Made by a program: the position numbers and the translations under genes
The notes under the pieces: generated by a model
Database searches by the model: none
Seen by the model: the letters and a program-made list of their open reading frames with translations, nothing else
What the model was told of the DNA's origin: nothing
DNA from: Aestuariivirga sp.
Lineage (GTDB): Bacteria; Pseudomonadota; Alphaproteobacteria; Rhizobiales; Aestuariivirgaceae
DNA length: 47,847 bases
Direction of reading: 5' to 3'
Assembly (NCBI GenBank): GCA_041739715.1
Contig: JBGSNJ010000097.1
Coordinates: 1 to 47,847, forward strand
Shown: positions 37,137-46,629 of the stretch, in pieces
Numbering within the stretch: the stretch's first letter is position 1
How the letters are laid out: the number at the start of each line of letters is the position of its first letter

Positions 37137-38210
37137 GTGTCGGATGACATCAGGCGCCTGAAGGTCGGCGTTCTGGGGTGCGGGCCTATCTCCCAGGCGG
37201 CGCATTTCGAGAGCGCCGTGAAGGCGCGGAATGCCGAACTCTTCGCGATCTGCGATGTGGCAGATGACCTGCGCGACCGCATGGCAGCGACCTATGCGCC
37301 GCGGAAATCCTATCGCGACTATGACGCCATGCTCGCGGACCCGGAGGTCGAGGCCGTGATCATCGCAACCTCCGACGCCTTTCACGTGCCTGCGGCATCG
37401 GCGGCTCTCGCGGCGGGCAAGCATGTGTTGTGCGAGAAGCCCCTGGGCGTTTCCGTGGAAGAGGTGGAGGCCCTGAAGCGGGACGTGGTCCGCAGCGGCC
37501 GCGTACTTCAGGTGGGGCATATGAAGCGCTTCGATGCCGGGCTGCAGAGTGCAAAGGCGTTCATCGATGCGGAAATGGGCGGACTTCTGGCGCTGAAGGC
37601 ATGGTACTGCGATTCGACCCATCGCTACGCCATGACCGATGCCGTGCAGCCGCGGATGATCAAGAGCAGCAAGGCCAGGAAGCCGGCACAGGATCCAAAG
37701 CAGGACCTCGAGCGCTACTTCATGCTGGCCCACGGATGCCATCTGCTCGACACGGCACGTTACTTTGCGGGCGAGATCACTGAAGTTGAGGCCAGGCTGA
37801 GCAAGCGCTTCGGCGCCTATTGCTGGTTCGTCGACGTCGCCTTCGCGAATGGCACCTTGGGGCATCTCGACCTGACGGTCGCGGTTCGCATGGACTGGCA
37901 CGAAGGATTTCAGGTCTACGGCCAGAATGGCAGCATCCTGGGAAAGACCTACAATCCCTGGTATTACAAGACCAGCGATGTCGATATCTTCCGGGAGTCC
38001 ACGGGCGTAACCACGCGAGTCCTCGGTGCCGATGGCCACTTCTACCGCCGTCAACTCGAAGGCTTCGCCGACGTCATCCTGCATGGTGCCCCGATGGCCG
38101 GAGCCGGCATCGACGACGGCATTGCCTCTGTCCGAGCGATGGCGGCCATTGCGCGGTCAGTGAAATCGGGTAGGCCTGTCCGCCTGGCCGAGGTTTCAGG
38201 CGCGGTGTGA
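37137..38210 (+). CDS. Gfo/Idh/MocA family oxidoreductase
   Basis: GCGPI, GKHVLCEKP, GHMKRFD, HGCHLLD; GTG 37137 after GGAG. Confidence 0.92.
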   Translation: MSDDIRRLKVGVLGCGPISQAAHFESAVKARNAELFAICDVADDLRDRMAATYAPRKSYRDYDAMLADPEVEAVIIATSDAFHVPAASAALAAGKHVLCEKPLGVSVEEVEALKRDVVRSGRVLQVGHMKRFDAGLQSAKAFIDAEMGGLLALKAWYCDSTHRYAMTDAVQPRMIKSSKARKPAQDPKQDLERYFMLAHGCHLLDTARYFAGEITEVEARLSKRFGAYCWFVDVAFANGTLGHLDLTVAVRMDWHEGFQVYGQNGSILGKTYNPWYYKTSDVDIFRESTGVTTRVLGADGHFYRRQLEGFADVILHGAPMAGAGIDDGIASVRAMAAIARSVKSGRPVRLAEVSGAV

Positions 38211-39052
38211 TGCAGCTTGGTATCTTTGCCAGGACCTTCGATGGATCATCGCCGGCAGCGGTCATGGACGCGGCGGTGCGTTGTGGGTATCGCGCAGTTC
38301 AGTACAACATGGCCTGCTCCGGCCTGCCGCCGATGCCCGACCATGTCAGCTATGGGGTAGCCAAGGAGGTAGCCGACGCGGCCAGGGCGCGTGGCGTTTC
38401 GGTCGCCGCGGTGTCCGGCACTTTCAACATGATCCATCCTGATCCTGCAGTACGGATGACGGGACTTGCGCGGCTGGAGGTTCTCGCGTCGCACTGCAAG
38501 GCTTTGTCGACGGGGATGATCACCCTGTGCACGGGCACGCGTGACGTCGAGGATCAATGGCGATGGCATCCGGACAACCGCTCATCCGAAGCCTGGCGCG
38601 ACCTGCTTCAGTCCGCCGCCGCCGCCTGCGACATCGCCGAGCGCTGGGACATCCTCCTCGGTGTGGAGCCCGAGCTCGCCAATGTCGTGAGCGATGCGAG
38701 GCAGGCGCTGCGGCTGATGCGCGAGCTGGGCAGCGATCGCATCCGGATCGTGCTCGACCCGGCAAATCTCTTCGAGACCGCGACCCTGGAGGATCAGCGC
38801 CGTCTGATATCGGACTCCATCGGACTGCTTGGCGAGCATATCGCCATGGCGCATGCGAAGGATCGCGCTTCCGATGGCTCCTTCGCGGCTGCCGGCACGG
38901 GTGTCGTCGACTTCCGCCACTTTCTTGCCTGCCTTGCGGCGGCGGGCTTCGACGGCCCGCTGATCACCCATGGGCTCACGGTGAAGGAAGCGCCAGGGGT
39001 TGCAGAGTTTCTGGGCGAGACACTGGCCGGCCTTGGGCTCGGCGCATCATGA
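38207..39052 (+). CDS. Sugar phosphate isomerase/epimerase (xylose-isomerase-like TIM barrel)
   Basis: GVEPE, LDPAN, HAKD, G.G.VD motifs. Confidence 0.85.
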   Translation: MMQLGIFARTFDGSSPAAVMDAAVRCGYRAVQYNMACSGLPPMPDHVSYGVAKEVADAARARGVSVAAVSGTFNMIHPDPAVRMTGLARLEVLASHCKALSTGMITLCTGTRDVEDQWRWHPDNRSSEAWRDLLQSAAAACDIAERWDILLGVEPELANVVSDARQALRLMRELGSDRIRIVLDPANLFETATLEDQRRLISDSIGLLGEHIAMAHAKDRASDGSFAAAGTGVVDFRHFLACLAAAGFDGPLITHGLTVKEAPGVAEFLGETLAGLGLGAS

Positions 39053-39873
39053 CCGTGATGTCGGAAGATGTCTTCCGGCCGCTCGATGGGCCGAGACTGC
39101 GGGTTGCCGATAGAGGAGGAGCGGGCCTGCCTGTACTCTTTCAGCACGGTCTTTGCGGAGATGCGGCGCAGACGGCGGAGGTCTTTCCGCCGGGCATCGG
39201 GTTGCGGTGCATCACGCTGGAGTGCCGCGGTCATGGCGGCTCGGACGCCGGCGATGTGACCGCATTCTCCATCGTCCGCTTTGCCGATGACATTGCAGAG
39301 TTCATTGCCGCGCGCCGCTTGGCACCTATGGTGGTTGGCGGCATCTCGATGGGAGCGGCTATTGCCATGCGGCTTGCGGCAACGCAGCCCGATCTGGTGC
39401 GCGGTCTCGTTATCGCGCGGCCAGCCTGGTCGATCCTGGCGGCGCCGGCCAACATGCGGCCGAATGCCGAAGTGGGTGAGCTTCTGTCCAGCATGGGGCC
39501 CGAGGCTGCGCGCCAGGCCTTTGCCGCCAGCGGCACAGCGCAGCGATTGGCCGCCGAGTCCCCCGACAATCTCGCGTCCCTCATGGGGTTCTTCTCGCGC
39601 GAGCCGTCGGTGGTGACGGCGGCCCTTCTGGCCTCCATCTCGCGTGACGGCCCGGGCGTCGATGCGGATCAACTGCGACGGATCGCTGTACCCACGCTTG
39701 TGATCGCGACGGACATGGATCTGGTCCACCCTCTTACAATGGCCGGAGAGCTGTCGCGCCTCATTCCGCACGCCCGGCTGACCGAGATCACGCCGAAGGG
39801 CGTAGATCGCAGGGCGTATGTTGCCGAGTTCCGAGACGCGCTTGACGATTTTCTGAAAGGATTCCTGCGATGA
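39049..39873 (+). CDS. Alpha/beta hydrolase
   Basis: FQHGL, RGHGGS, GISMG nucleophile elbow, D.VHP; ATGA overlaps at both ends. Confidence 0.88.
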   Translation: MTVMSEDVFRPLDGPRLRVADRGGAGLPVLFQHGLCGDAAQTAEVFPPGIGLRCITLECRGHGGSDAGDVTAFSIVRFADDIAEFIAARRLAPMVVGGISMGAAIAMRLAATQPDLVRGLVIARPAWSILAAPANMRPNAEVGELLSSMGPEAARQAFAASGTAQRLAAESPDNLASLMGFFSREPSVVTAALLASISRDGPGVDADQLRRIAVPTLVIATDMDLVHPLTMAGELSRLIPHARLTEITPKGVDRRAYVAEFRDALDDFLKGFLR

Positions 39874-40562
39874 CTGCCGCTCACTGGATCGACGCTCTTC
39901 CGTCTCGCCGTCTGATCTGCGAGTTCTCAGCATGGTCGGCCGATCTCCTGCGGCTGGCCGACGACATGCAACGCATCGCCTCCCACTGCGACATCCTTCA
40001 TGTGGATGTTGCGGACGGGCACTTTGCCCCGGCGCTGCTGTTCTTTCCCGATCTCGTCGCGGCCCTGCGCAAGGCATCACGAGCGCCAGTCCACACGCAC
40101 CTGATGGCCGCGGATGAGATCCTGCTCGATCAGATCACGCAGTTCGCCGATGCCGGCAGCGACCTGATCAGCATCCACGCGGAAAACGCCAACATCGACG
40201 ACGCACTCGACCTTCTGGAAGAGCGGAAGATTCCGGCCGGGCTGGTTCTCAAGGTGGATTCGCCGCTGGAAGTGCTTCCACGCCACCTGCCGCGCCTTCG
40301 CTTTGTCACCTTGCTTGGGACCGCGATCGGCATCAAGGGCGTGGGACTCGATCCGCGCGCCACTGGACGCCTCACGGCCGCGAGGGCGCTGATCGCAGCG
40401 GCGCAGCTTCCGCACCGCGTGGTCCTGGCATCGGACGGCGGCAATCGCGAGCAGACGCTTCCGCTGCTCCGGCAGGCCGGAGCCGAGACTGTCGTTCTCG
40501 GCTCGCTGGCCTTCGGGGCGCCAAGCCTCGAGGACCGCATGGACTGGATACACGGCTTGTGA
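39870..40562 (+). CDS. Ribulose-phosphate 3-epimerase family protein (divergent)
   Basis: HVDVADGHF, HLM, IHAE, DGG, VLGS motifs. Confidence 0.85.
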   Translation: MTAAHWIDALPSRRLICEFSAWSADLLRLADDMQRIASHCDILHVDVADGHFAPALLFFPDLVAALRKASRAPVHTHLMAADEILLDQITQFADAGSDLISIHAENANIDDALDLLEERKIPAGLVLKVDSPLEVLPRHLPRLRFVTLLGTAIGIKGVGLDPRATGRLTAARALIAAAQLPHRVVLASDGGNREQTLPLLRQAGAETVVLGSLAFGAPSLEDRMDWIHGL

Positions 40563-41521
40563 GCGGGAACTACGCGATCGGCATCGATCTGGGTGGCACG
40601 CAAGTCCGCACGGCTCTCCTCGACATCGGCGGGACGATCTTGAAGCGCGCTTCGGAACCGACTCGCGCGAAGGACGGCGCCGAGGTGGTGATCGATCAGA
40701 TCGTCCGTCTCGCCGCCTGCGTGTCCGACGGCCTGCGGCAGGTCGAACTTGCAGGCGCGGGAGTGTCATCGCCCGGACCGCTCGACACCACGGCAGGCGT
40801 CGCCCTCGGCATTCCGACCATCGCAGGATTCGCTGGCTATCCGATGCGGGAAGAAATCGGCCGCAGACTGTCCCTGCCGGTCGCACTGGAGAATGACGGC
40901 ATTGCCGCGGCGATCGGCGAATGGAAGTTCGGTGCCGGGCGCGGCCGCGACAACCTCGTCTATGTCACGGTGAGCACCGGCATCGGCGGCGGTGTGATCG
41001 CCGACGGGCGGGTGTTGCGCGGGCGGCGGGGCATGGCCGGACATGTCGGCCACATGAGCTTCGTGCAGGACGGCGAACTGTGTGTCTGCGGCGGCCGCGG
41101 TTGCTTCGAAGCCTATGGCTCAGGCTCGGCTCTTGCCCAACGGGCCCGTGCGGCCGCCCTGGACGATCCGTCTTCCAGTCTGAACGGCGGCGGCGGTGAG
41201 ATCAGTTCCGAAGATGTCTTCGTCGCTGCCGCAAAGGGCGATCGTCTGGCGCAGGCGCTCGTCCGGCAGGAGGCCGAGATCCTCGGCCGGGGATTTGCGG
41301 CGCTTCTCCACCTCTACAGTCCCGAAGTGCTGGTGATGGGCGGTGGACTGTCGAGCCAATTCGAAACCATGGAAGCGGGCATCATTCAAGCAATGCGCGC
41401 CCATGCCATGCCGGCGTTCAGGGATACGCCTGTGATGCCGGCGGAACTCGGCAGCAACTCCGGGCTTGTCGGAGCGGCCGTCCTGGCATTCGAACGGATG
41501 AAGCAAGCGGAGCGGTCTTGA
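40559..41521 (+). CDS. ROK-family sugar kinase
   Basis: GIDLGGT, ENDG, STGIGGG, GHVGH, CVCG..GCFE, GGG, GLVGAA; no HTH. Confidence 0.92.
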   Translation: MSGNYAIGIDLGGTQVRTALLDIGGTILKRASEPTRAKDGAEVVIDQIVRLAACVSDGLRQVELAGAGVSSPGPLDTTAGVALGIPTIAGFAGYPMREEIGRRLSLPVALENDGIAAAIGEWKFGAGRGRDNLVYVTVSTGIGGGVIADGRVLRGRRGMAGHVGHMSFVQDGELCVCGGRGCFEAYGSGSALAQRARAAALDDPSSSLNGGGGEISSEDVFVAAAKGDRLAQALVRQEAEILGRGFAALLHLYSPEVLVMGGGLSSQFETMEAGIIQAMRAHAMPAFRDTPVMPAELGSNSGLVGAAVLAFERMKQAERS

Positions 41522-41540
41522 AGGGTTGTAGAACCCTTTT
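41521..41540 (+). terminator. Possible intrinsic terminator after ROK kinase
   Basis: AAGGGTT-gtag-AACCCTT followed by TT, between convergent genes; weak stem. Confidence 0.3.
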
Positions 41541-41614
41541 GCCCGGGACGGCGCCGATCATGCCGCGCGGGCTGCTGGATCTCGCCTGTTCCGTCCATTG
41601 CGTTTGCTCGCCGG

Positions 41615-42466
41615 TCACATCTTCGGATAGCGTAATCTGAGACCCGGCGCGTCGACGGTGGCGACATGCACCGACCAGCCGCAGAGACTGGCGATAATCA
41701 GGGTCCTCATGTCAGGGCCGCCAAAGGCGATGTTCGTGGGGGCGATCAGCATCAGCTGTTCCCAGTCATCGTAGAGCGTTGTGAGTGTCCCGTCCGGCGC
41801 GAGCCGATAGATGATGTTGGGATTGTAGAGGCTAATGTAGAGATTGCCCGCTTCGTCCAGCGCCAGCCCGTCGGGAACGGTGCGCGGAAGTTCGACCAAG
41901 ACGGTCCGCCGGCCGGCCTTGCCGTCGGCGCCAATCTCGATGCGCGAGACGAGGGGCGGGCTCGACTCCGCGACATAGAGCACCTTGCCATCTGCCGAGA
42001 GGCACATGCCATTGGTGAAGCCGTTGCAGCTGCGGTCCCACACCTCGGCCCTGCCGCCGGGTGCGATCTTCCAGATGAAGCCGTCGCGGTTGCCCCATGT
42101 GCCCGAGTCGGAGACGTAGAGATTTCCGTGATCGTCGAAGACCGGATAGTTGGGGACCCGCATCTTCTGCGTGTCCGATCCGCTGGCATAGGTCGATACG
42201 GCACCGTCGGGCGCGATGCGGTGGACGCAGGCCGACCGGTCATCGCAGGCATAGGTATTTCCGGCCGCATCATGCGCGAGGCCGAGCAGGAAGCCACCGG
42301 GGATGCGCGCGATCTCCTCGGAGCTCTTGCCGTCGAGGCTGAAACGATAGAGCTGGCCCGCCTCGCCGCCCGCATAGGCGCGCCCGTCCGGTCCCCAGGC
42401 CACGGCTTCCGGATGATCGAAGGCAAGGCCGATGTTGGCGAGAACCAGACTGTTTTCCGATGACAT
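41615..42466 (-). CDS. SMP-30/gluconolactonase family beta-propeller
   Basis: HPEA, PN...D..GNLYVSDS, TNG...S.DG..LYVAES, PDGLALDE.GNLY, PTNIAFGG; ATG 42466. Confidence 0.9.
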   Translation of the reverse strand: MSSENSLVLANIGLAFDHPEAVAWGPDGRAYAGGEAGQLYRFSLDGKSSEEIARIPGGFLLGLAHDAAGNTYACDDRSACVHRIAPDGAVSTYASGSDTQKMRVPNYPVFDDHGNLYVSDSGTWGNRDGFIWKIAPGGRAEVWDRSCNGFTNGMCLSADGKVLYVAESSPPLVSRIEIGADGKAGRRTVLVELPRTVPDGLALDEAGNLYISLYNPNIIYRLAPDGTLTTLYDDWEQLMLIAPTNIAFGGPDMRTLIIASLCGWSVHVATVDAPGLRLRYPKM

Positions 42467-42518
42467 GAGGAGGACCTCGCGCGGCAGGTTGCGTGACGAC
42501 AGGCAGGGCGATTGAACC

Positions 42519-42546
42519 TTGACCGGTCTTTTGTCAGAACTATAGT
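42519..42546 (+). promoter_or_regulatory. Candidate sigma70 promoter for the SDR-ABC operon
   Basis: TTGACC-N16-TATAGT about 100 bp upstream of ATG 42648 in an AT-richer divergent spacer. Confidence 0.5.
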
Positions 42547-42647
42547 GGTGTCCAGCAATGCAGATCAATGTCCAACATTTCGGAACTTGATCGGAGAAGA
42601 GCCGGCAGCCTGCCGCGGCAAGGCCTGCTTCGCACCCGGGGAACGTC

Positions 42648-43424
42648 ATGGGCTTACTTGACGGCAAGGTTTGTCTTGTGAGTGGCGCGGGACAGGGCCT
42701 GGGGCGTGCGATATCACGCGAGATGGCGGCCGAAGGTGCGGCCGTGGTGTTGATCGAGCGCAATGGGGAGACCGTCGCGGCCGTCGCGCAGGAGATTGCA
42801 AAGGCCGGCGGGACCGCGCATCCTTACCAACTCGATGTGACGGATTACGACGGATATGGCAAGGTCGTCGCGGACGTGGCCATGAAGCTCGGCCGCATCG
42901 ACGTGCTGGTCAACAATGCCGCGATCAATCCCCCGACCCGCACGATCCTCAGCGACACGCTTGAGGACTGGCGCCGCACCATCGCGATCAACCTCGAAGC
43001 CGTCTACATGGGTAGCAAGCTGGTGGCGCCGCACATGGTCGCCCGCAATGACGGGCGTATCATCCACGTCGCGTCGATCCAAGGCTTTGCCTCCAGCGGC
43101 GACTGCGGGTCCTACAATGCCGCGAAAGGCGGCATCATCGCCTACACGAAGTCGATGGCCGTGGAGCTTGGCCGCTACAACATTCTCGTCAATTCGGTGG
43201 CGCCAGGCTTCATGGTGACGCCGATGTCGGTGGTCAATGGCATCGACGAGACGACGACCCCCGACTTCATCGACTGGTACGTCACGCGCCGGAAGATTCC
43301 GCTCGGACGCAGCGGGCTTCCGGAAGACGTGTCTGGCACCGTGATCTTTCTGGCGTCGGACTACTGCCGCTACATGACGGGCCAGCTTCTGGTCGTCGAT
43401 GGCGGCCTGATGAGTACATTCTGA
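42648..43424 (+). CDS. Short-chain dehydrogenase/reductase
   Basis: SGAGQGLG, NNAA, YNAAK, VNSVAPG, TGQ.L.VDGG. Confidence 0.95.
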   Translation: MGLLDGKVCLVSGAGQGLGRAISREMAAEGAAVVLIERNGETVAAVAQEIAKAGGTAHPYQLDVTDYDGYGKVVADVAMKLGRIDVLVNNAAINPPTRTILSDTLEDWRRTIAINLEAVYMGSKLVAPHMVARNDGRIIHVASIQGFASSGDCGSYNAAKGGIIAYTKSMAVELGRYNILVNSVAPGFMVTPMSVVNGIDETTTPDFIDWYVTRRKIPLGRSGLPEDVSGTVIFLASDYCRYMTGQLLVVDGGLMSTF

Positions 43425-43471
43425 AATCGCACCACAAGAATAATCGAGGAAACAGGGAAGGCAAATTGAAA

Positions 43472-44818
43472 ATGAACATCACCCGCAAACTCAACGTCTC
43501 GCGGCGCGACATCATCCGGACCTCCATGATGATTGGCGCGGGCTCGGCCTTCGGCGGCCTGTTGCCGCGCGGTGCCCATGCCCAGGAGAAGACCCTGGAC
43601 ATGTGGTGGTGGGGCGAACAGGAATTGCCCGGGCTGCAGAAGTTCGTCGATGGCTCGATCGCCGGTTACAAGGACGCGACCGTCAAGGCCATGTTGCAGG
43701 ACACGGCGGTGGTCATCTCGCAGTTCCAGACCGCCGCGGCAGCCGGCAACGCGCCCGACATCCAGTACCTCTGGAATGGCATCTATCACATGGAGAGCGT
43801 CTGGCTCGGCTACCTGCGCGGCCTCAACAGCCTGATCAAGCCGGATATCCTGAAGGCCTCCAATCCGACGCAGCTCAGCCATTTCGGCGGAGACATCTAT
43901 CGCGTCGGCTGGTACCCGCTGCCGATGTTCTGGTGCTACAACAAGGACCTCTTCGAGAAAGCCGGGCTCGACCCCGAAGCGCCGCCGAAGACCTGGGACG
44001 AGCTGCTTGCGGCCTGCGAAAAGCTCAAGAGCGCCGGCACCGAGCCGATCGGCGGTGGCATCCAGGATGGCTACTGGAGCGAATGGTACATCAGCCATGG
44101 CCTGGTGCAGAACCTCGACACGCTGGGCGAGGCCGTCCAGCTCTTCATTGGCGACAAGGACTTCCGCGAGCCGAAGTACCACGAGCACTGGGTCAAGCTC
44201 GAGGAACTGAAGAACAAGGGATATCTCAACAAGGACATGTCCTCGCTCGAACTCTATCCGGGCATCGATCTCGTGGTTGCCGGAAAGCTGGCGATCGGAC
44301 AGACCGTTGGCACGCGTCTTCCGGCTGACAGCAAGGCCACCAACGGCCGCATCGGTTACATGGTCATGCCGGTCTTCGGAAAGGGCAAGCTCGCGGGCAT
44401 GCCGATCGTCGACGTGCAGGGCCTTGGCATCTCGAGCAATGCCGAGGATCCGGCCGCGGCCGCGGCCTTTCTCGAATACCTGCAGTCTCCCGAGCGCCTC
44501 AAGGCCTTCTGGGATGCGACGGGATGGTTGCCCTCCAACACCACCTTCGATTCGAGCGTCATCCAGGATCCTTCGGTGCGCGGCATGTGGGAGGCCTGGG
44601 GTCTCAAGCCAAACATCTCGAACGTCACCAACCTCGTGCCGGGACAGTTCTACGAGCGCGCCGCGATTCCGACCGGCCAGCAGATCGTGCAGGGCGCGAT
44701 CACCGGCGAACAGGCAGGCGAGTTGGCTGCGACCGTTGCCAAGGAGTGGAAGGAGTTCAATCCTGACATGGTCGAGAACTATCGCAAGTGGGCCGCCGAT
44801 CTTTCCGCGCCCACCTGA
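43472..44818 (+). CDS. Carbohydrate ABC (CUT1) solute-binding protein with Tat signal
   Basis: SRRDII, AHA cleavage site, AG.APD, YNKDLFEKAG..P...PKTWDEL. Confidence 0.92.
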   Translation: MNITRKLNVSRRDIIRTSMMIGAGSAFGGLLPRGAHAQEKTLDMWWWGEQELPGLQKFVDGSIAGYKDATVKAMLQDTAVVISQFQTAAAAGNAPDIQYLWNGIYHMESVWLGYLRGLNSLIKPDILKASNPTQLSHFGGDIYRVGWYPLPMFWCYNKDLFEKAGLDPEAPPKTWDELLAACEKLKSAGTEPIGGGIQDGYWSEWYISHGLVQNLDTLGEAVQLFIGDKDFREPKYHEHWVKLEELKNKGYLNKDMSSLELYPGIDLVVAGKLAIGQTVGTRLPADSKATNGRIGYMVMPVFGKGKLAGMPIVDVQGLGISSNAEDPAAAAAFLEYLQSPERLKAFWDATGWLPSNTTFDSSVIQDPSVRGMWEAWGLKPNISNVTNLVPGQFYERAAIPTGQQIVQGAITGEQAGELAATVAKEWKEFNPDMVENYRKWAADLSAPT

Positions 44819-44833
44819 TTTGCGATCGGGGAA

Positions 44834-44880
44834 CCGCGGCTCGGATGCAGCACCGTACCGGGCGCTGCATTCGGTCGCGG
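44834..44880 (+). terminator. Long imperfect stem-loop between SBP and permease
   Basis: CCGCGGCTCGGATGCAGC...GCTGCATTCGGTCGCGG pairs with G:U allowed; position typical of SBP mRNA stabilisers. Confidence 0.5.
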
Positions 44881-44914
44881 TGCCGTCCATGCCCGAAGCC
44901 GGAATGACCGCCGC

Positions 44915-45793
44915 ATGACATCCCAGTCCAGGTTGGTGCCTTACCTCTACATTGCGCCGCTGGTGCTGTTGCTTGCCTTCGTCTTCGGCTATCCGCTCGT
45001 TCGCATCTTCGAATTCAGCTTCAAGATGGTGCGCGGCATTGATGGGCCGTGGATCGGGTTGCGCAACTACCAGCTCGTTCTGGGCCAGGACCTCTTCTGG
45101 GAATCGGTCCTGCACAATCTCCAGCTTCTGCTCGCCATTCCCGCGATGGTCGTCATCTCGCTGATCGTCTCTGTGCTGCTTTATGAACGCATCGCGGGCT
45201 GGCGGCTCTACCGCATCATCGTCTTCGTGCCCTTCGTGCTGGCCATTCCCATCATCGCGGTGGTGATGAAGCGGATGTTCCAATTCTCCGGACCGGTGAA
45301 CGAAGTGCTGCGCTGGCTCAGCCTCGACTTCCTGGCGCTGGACTGGATCGGCTCGTCCGACGTGGCACTGTGGACAGTGATGATCCTCATCGTCTGGCGC
45401 GAATCCGCGCTTGGCATCATCCTGTTCCTGGCGCGGCTTCTCAGCCTCGACGAATCCATGATCGAGGCCGCGAAGATCGAAGGCGCGAACTGGTGGCAGC
45501 GCCTCTGGTACATCATCCTGCCGCAGATGCGGGGCGTCATCGAGTTCTTCGTGGTGGTGAGCGTCATCACCATGCTGGCCGCCGTCTTCGCCTATGTCTT
45601 CGTGATGGGCGGCGGCCGCGGCGGGCCCGGCACCGCCACCATGGTGGTCGAGCTCTACATCTTCAATGCCCTGATCCGCACGAGCCTGCCTGGCATTGCC
45701 TCGGCCGCCTCGGTGCTGCTCTTCCTCGTCTCCGTCCTGCTGATCTTCCCGCTTTTCCGCGCCCGCCGCCGGGTCCGGGAACTGGAGGCCTGA
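44915..45793 (+). CDS. Carbohydrate ABC permease
   Basis: GLRNY, G.VN..L, EAAKIEGA EAA loop. Confidence 0.93.
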   Translation: MTSQSRLVPYLYIAPLVLLLAFVFGYPLVRIFEFSFKMVRGIDGPWIGLRNYQLVLGQDLFWESVLHNLQLLLAIPAMVVISLIVSVLLYERIAGWRLYRIIVFVPFVLAIPIIAVVMKRMFQFSGPVNEVLRWLSLDFLALDWIGSSDVALWTVMILIVWRESALGIILFLARLLSLDESMIEAAKIEGANWWQRLWYIILPQMRGVIEFFVVVSVITMLAAVFAYVFVMGGGRGGPGTATMVVELYIFNALIRTSLPGIASAASVLLFLVSVLLIFPLFRARRRVRELEA

Positions 45794-46629
45794 TGCGGAA
45801 ACAGCCGCTTTCCGGGCTTGCCGGCACGGCGCTCAAGCAGGGCGTGCTCCTGCTCGCGGCCTTCCTCGCCCTGGTACCGACGCTCTTCATGATCTTGACC
45901 GCGCTCAAGAGCGACGAGGAATACGCCATCGACAAGCTGGGTTTTCCGGACTCGCCGGTCATCGAGAATTTCCGGGCCGTGCTGGTCGACAGCCCCTTCC
46001 TCGCCTGGATGGCCAACAGCGTGCTGCTGGTGATCGGTGCCGTGCTGCTCAGCACCATCGTCTCGGGGCTCGCGGCCTATGCCATCGCCTGCATGGAGTT
46101 CAAGGGGCGGGAGACGCTGCTGGCGCTGAGCACATCGCTGATGGCGGTTCCTCCCGTGGTGATGATCGTGCCGCTCTTCGTGCTCTACGCGCAACTTGGC
46201 CTGATCAGCACCTATCAGGGAACCATCCTGATCTACGCAGGCCTCATCACGCCCTTCTCGGTCTATCTCTTGACCACCTTCTTCCGCACCGTGCCGAAGG
46301 AACTGTTCGAATCCGCGCGCATCGACGGCGCGGGGCCATTCCTCATCCTGATCAAGATCGTCCTGCCGCTGTCGCTGCCGGCCATCGTGACGCTGGTGGT
46401 GGTCAACTCCCTCTATGTCTGGAACGATCTGCTGATTGCCATCATCTTCCTGCAGGACGACGCCAAGCGCACGCTGATGGCCGGCATCAGCGTCTTCCAG
46501 GGCCGCTACAACAACCAGGTTCCGCTCACCATGGCGGGCATGGTGATCGCCAGCGCACCCATGCTCATTCTCTACATCGTCTTCCAGAAGCACTTCATCC
46601 GCGGCCTCATGGCAGGAGCCATCAAGTGA
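45793..46629 (+). CDS. Carbohydrate ABC permease
   Basis: TGATG coupling; ENF, NS, ESARIDGA, WND, QKHFIRGL..GAIK. Confidence 0.93.
   Translation: MRKQPLSGLAGTALKQGVLLLAAFLALVPTLFMILTALKSDEEYAIDKLGFPDSPVIENFRAVLVDSPFLAWMANSVLLVIGAVLLSTIVSGLAAYAIACMEFKGRETLLALSTSLMAVPPVVMIVPLFVLYAQLGLISTYQGTILIYAGLITPFSVYLLTTFFRTVPKELFESARIDGAGPFLILIKIVLPLSLPAIVTLVVVNSLYVWNDLLIAIIFLQDDAKRTLMAGISVFQGRYNNQVPLTMAGMVIASAPMLILYIVFQKHFIRGLMAGAIK

Noticed and set aside
43370-45283. 637-aa minus-strand ORF, and similar long antisense ORFs such as 22287-23576, 30733-32010 and 35452-36768
   Set aside because: Shadow frames of well-supported genes in high-GC DNA; no motifs
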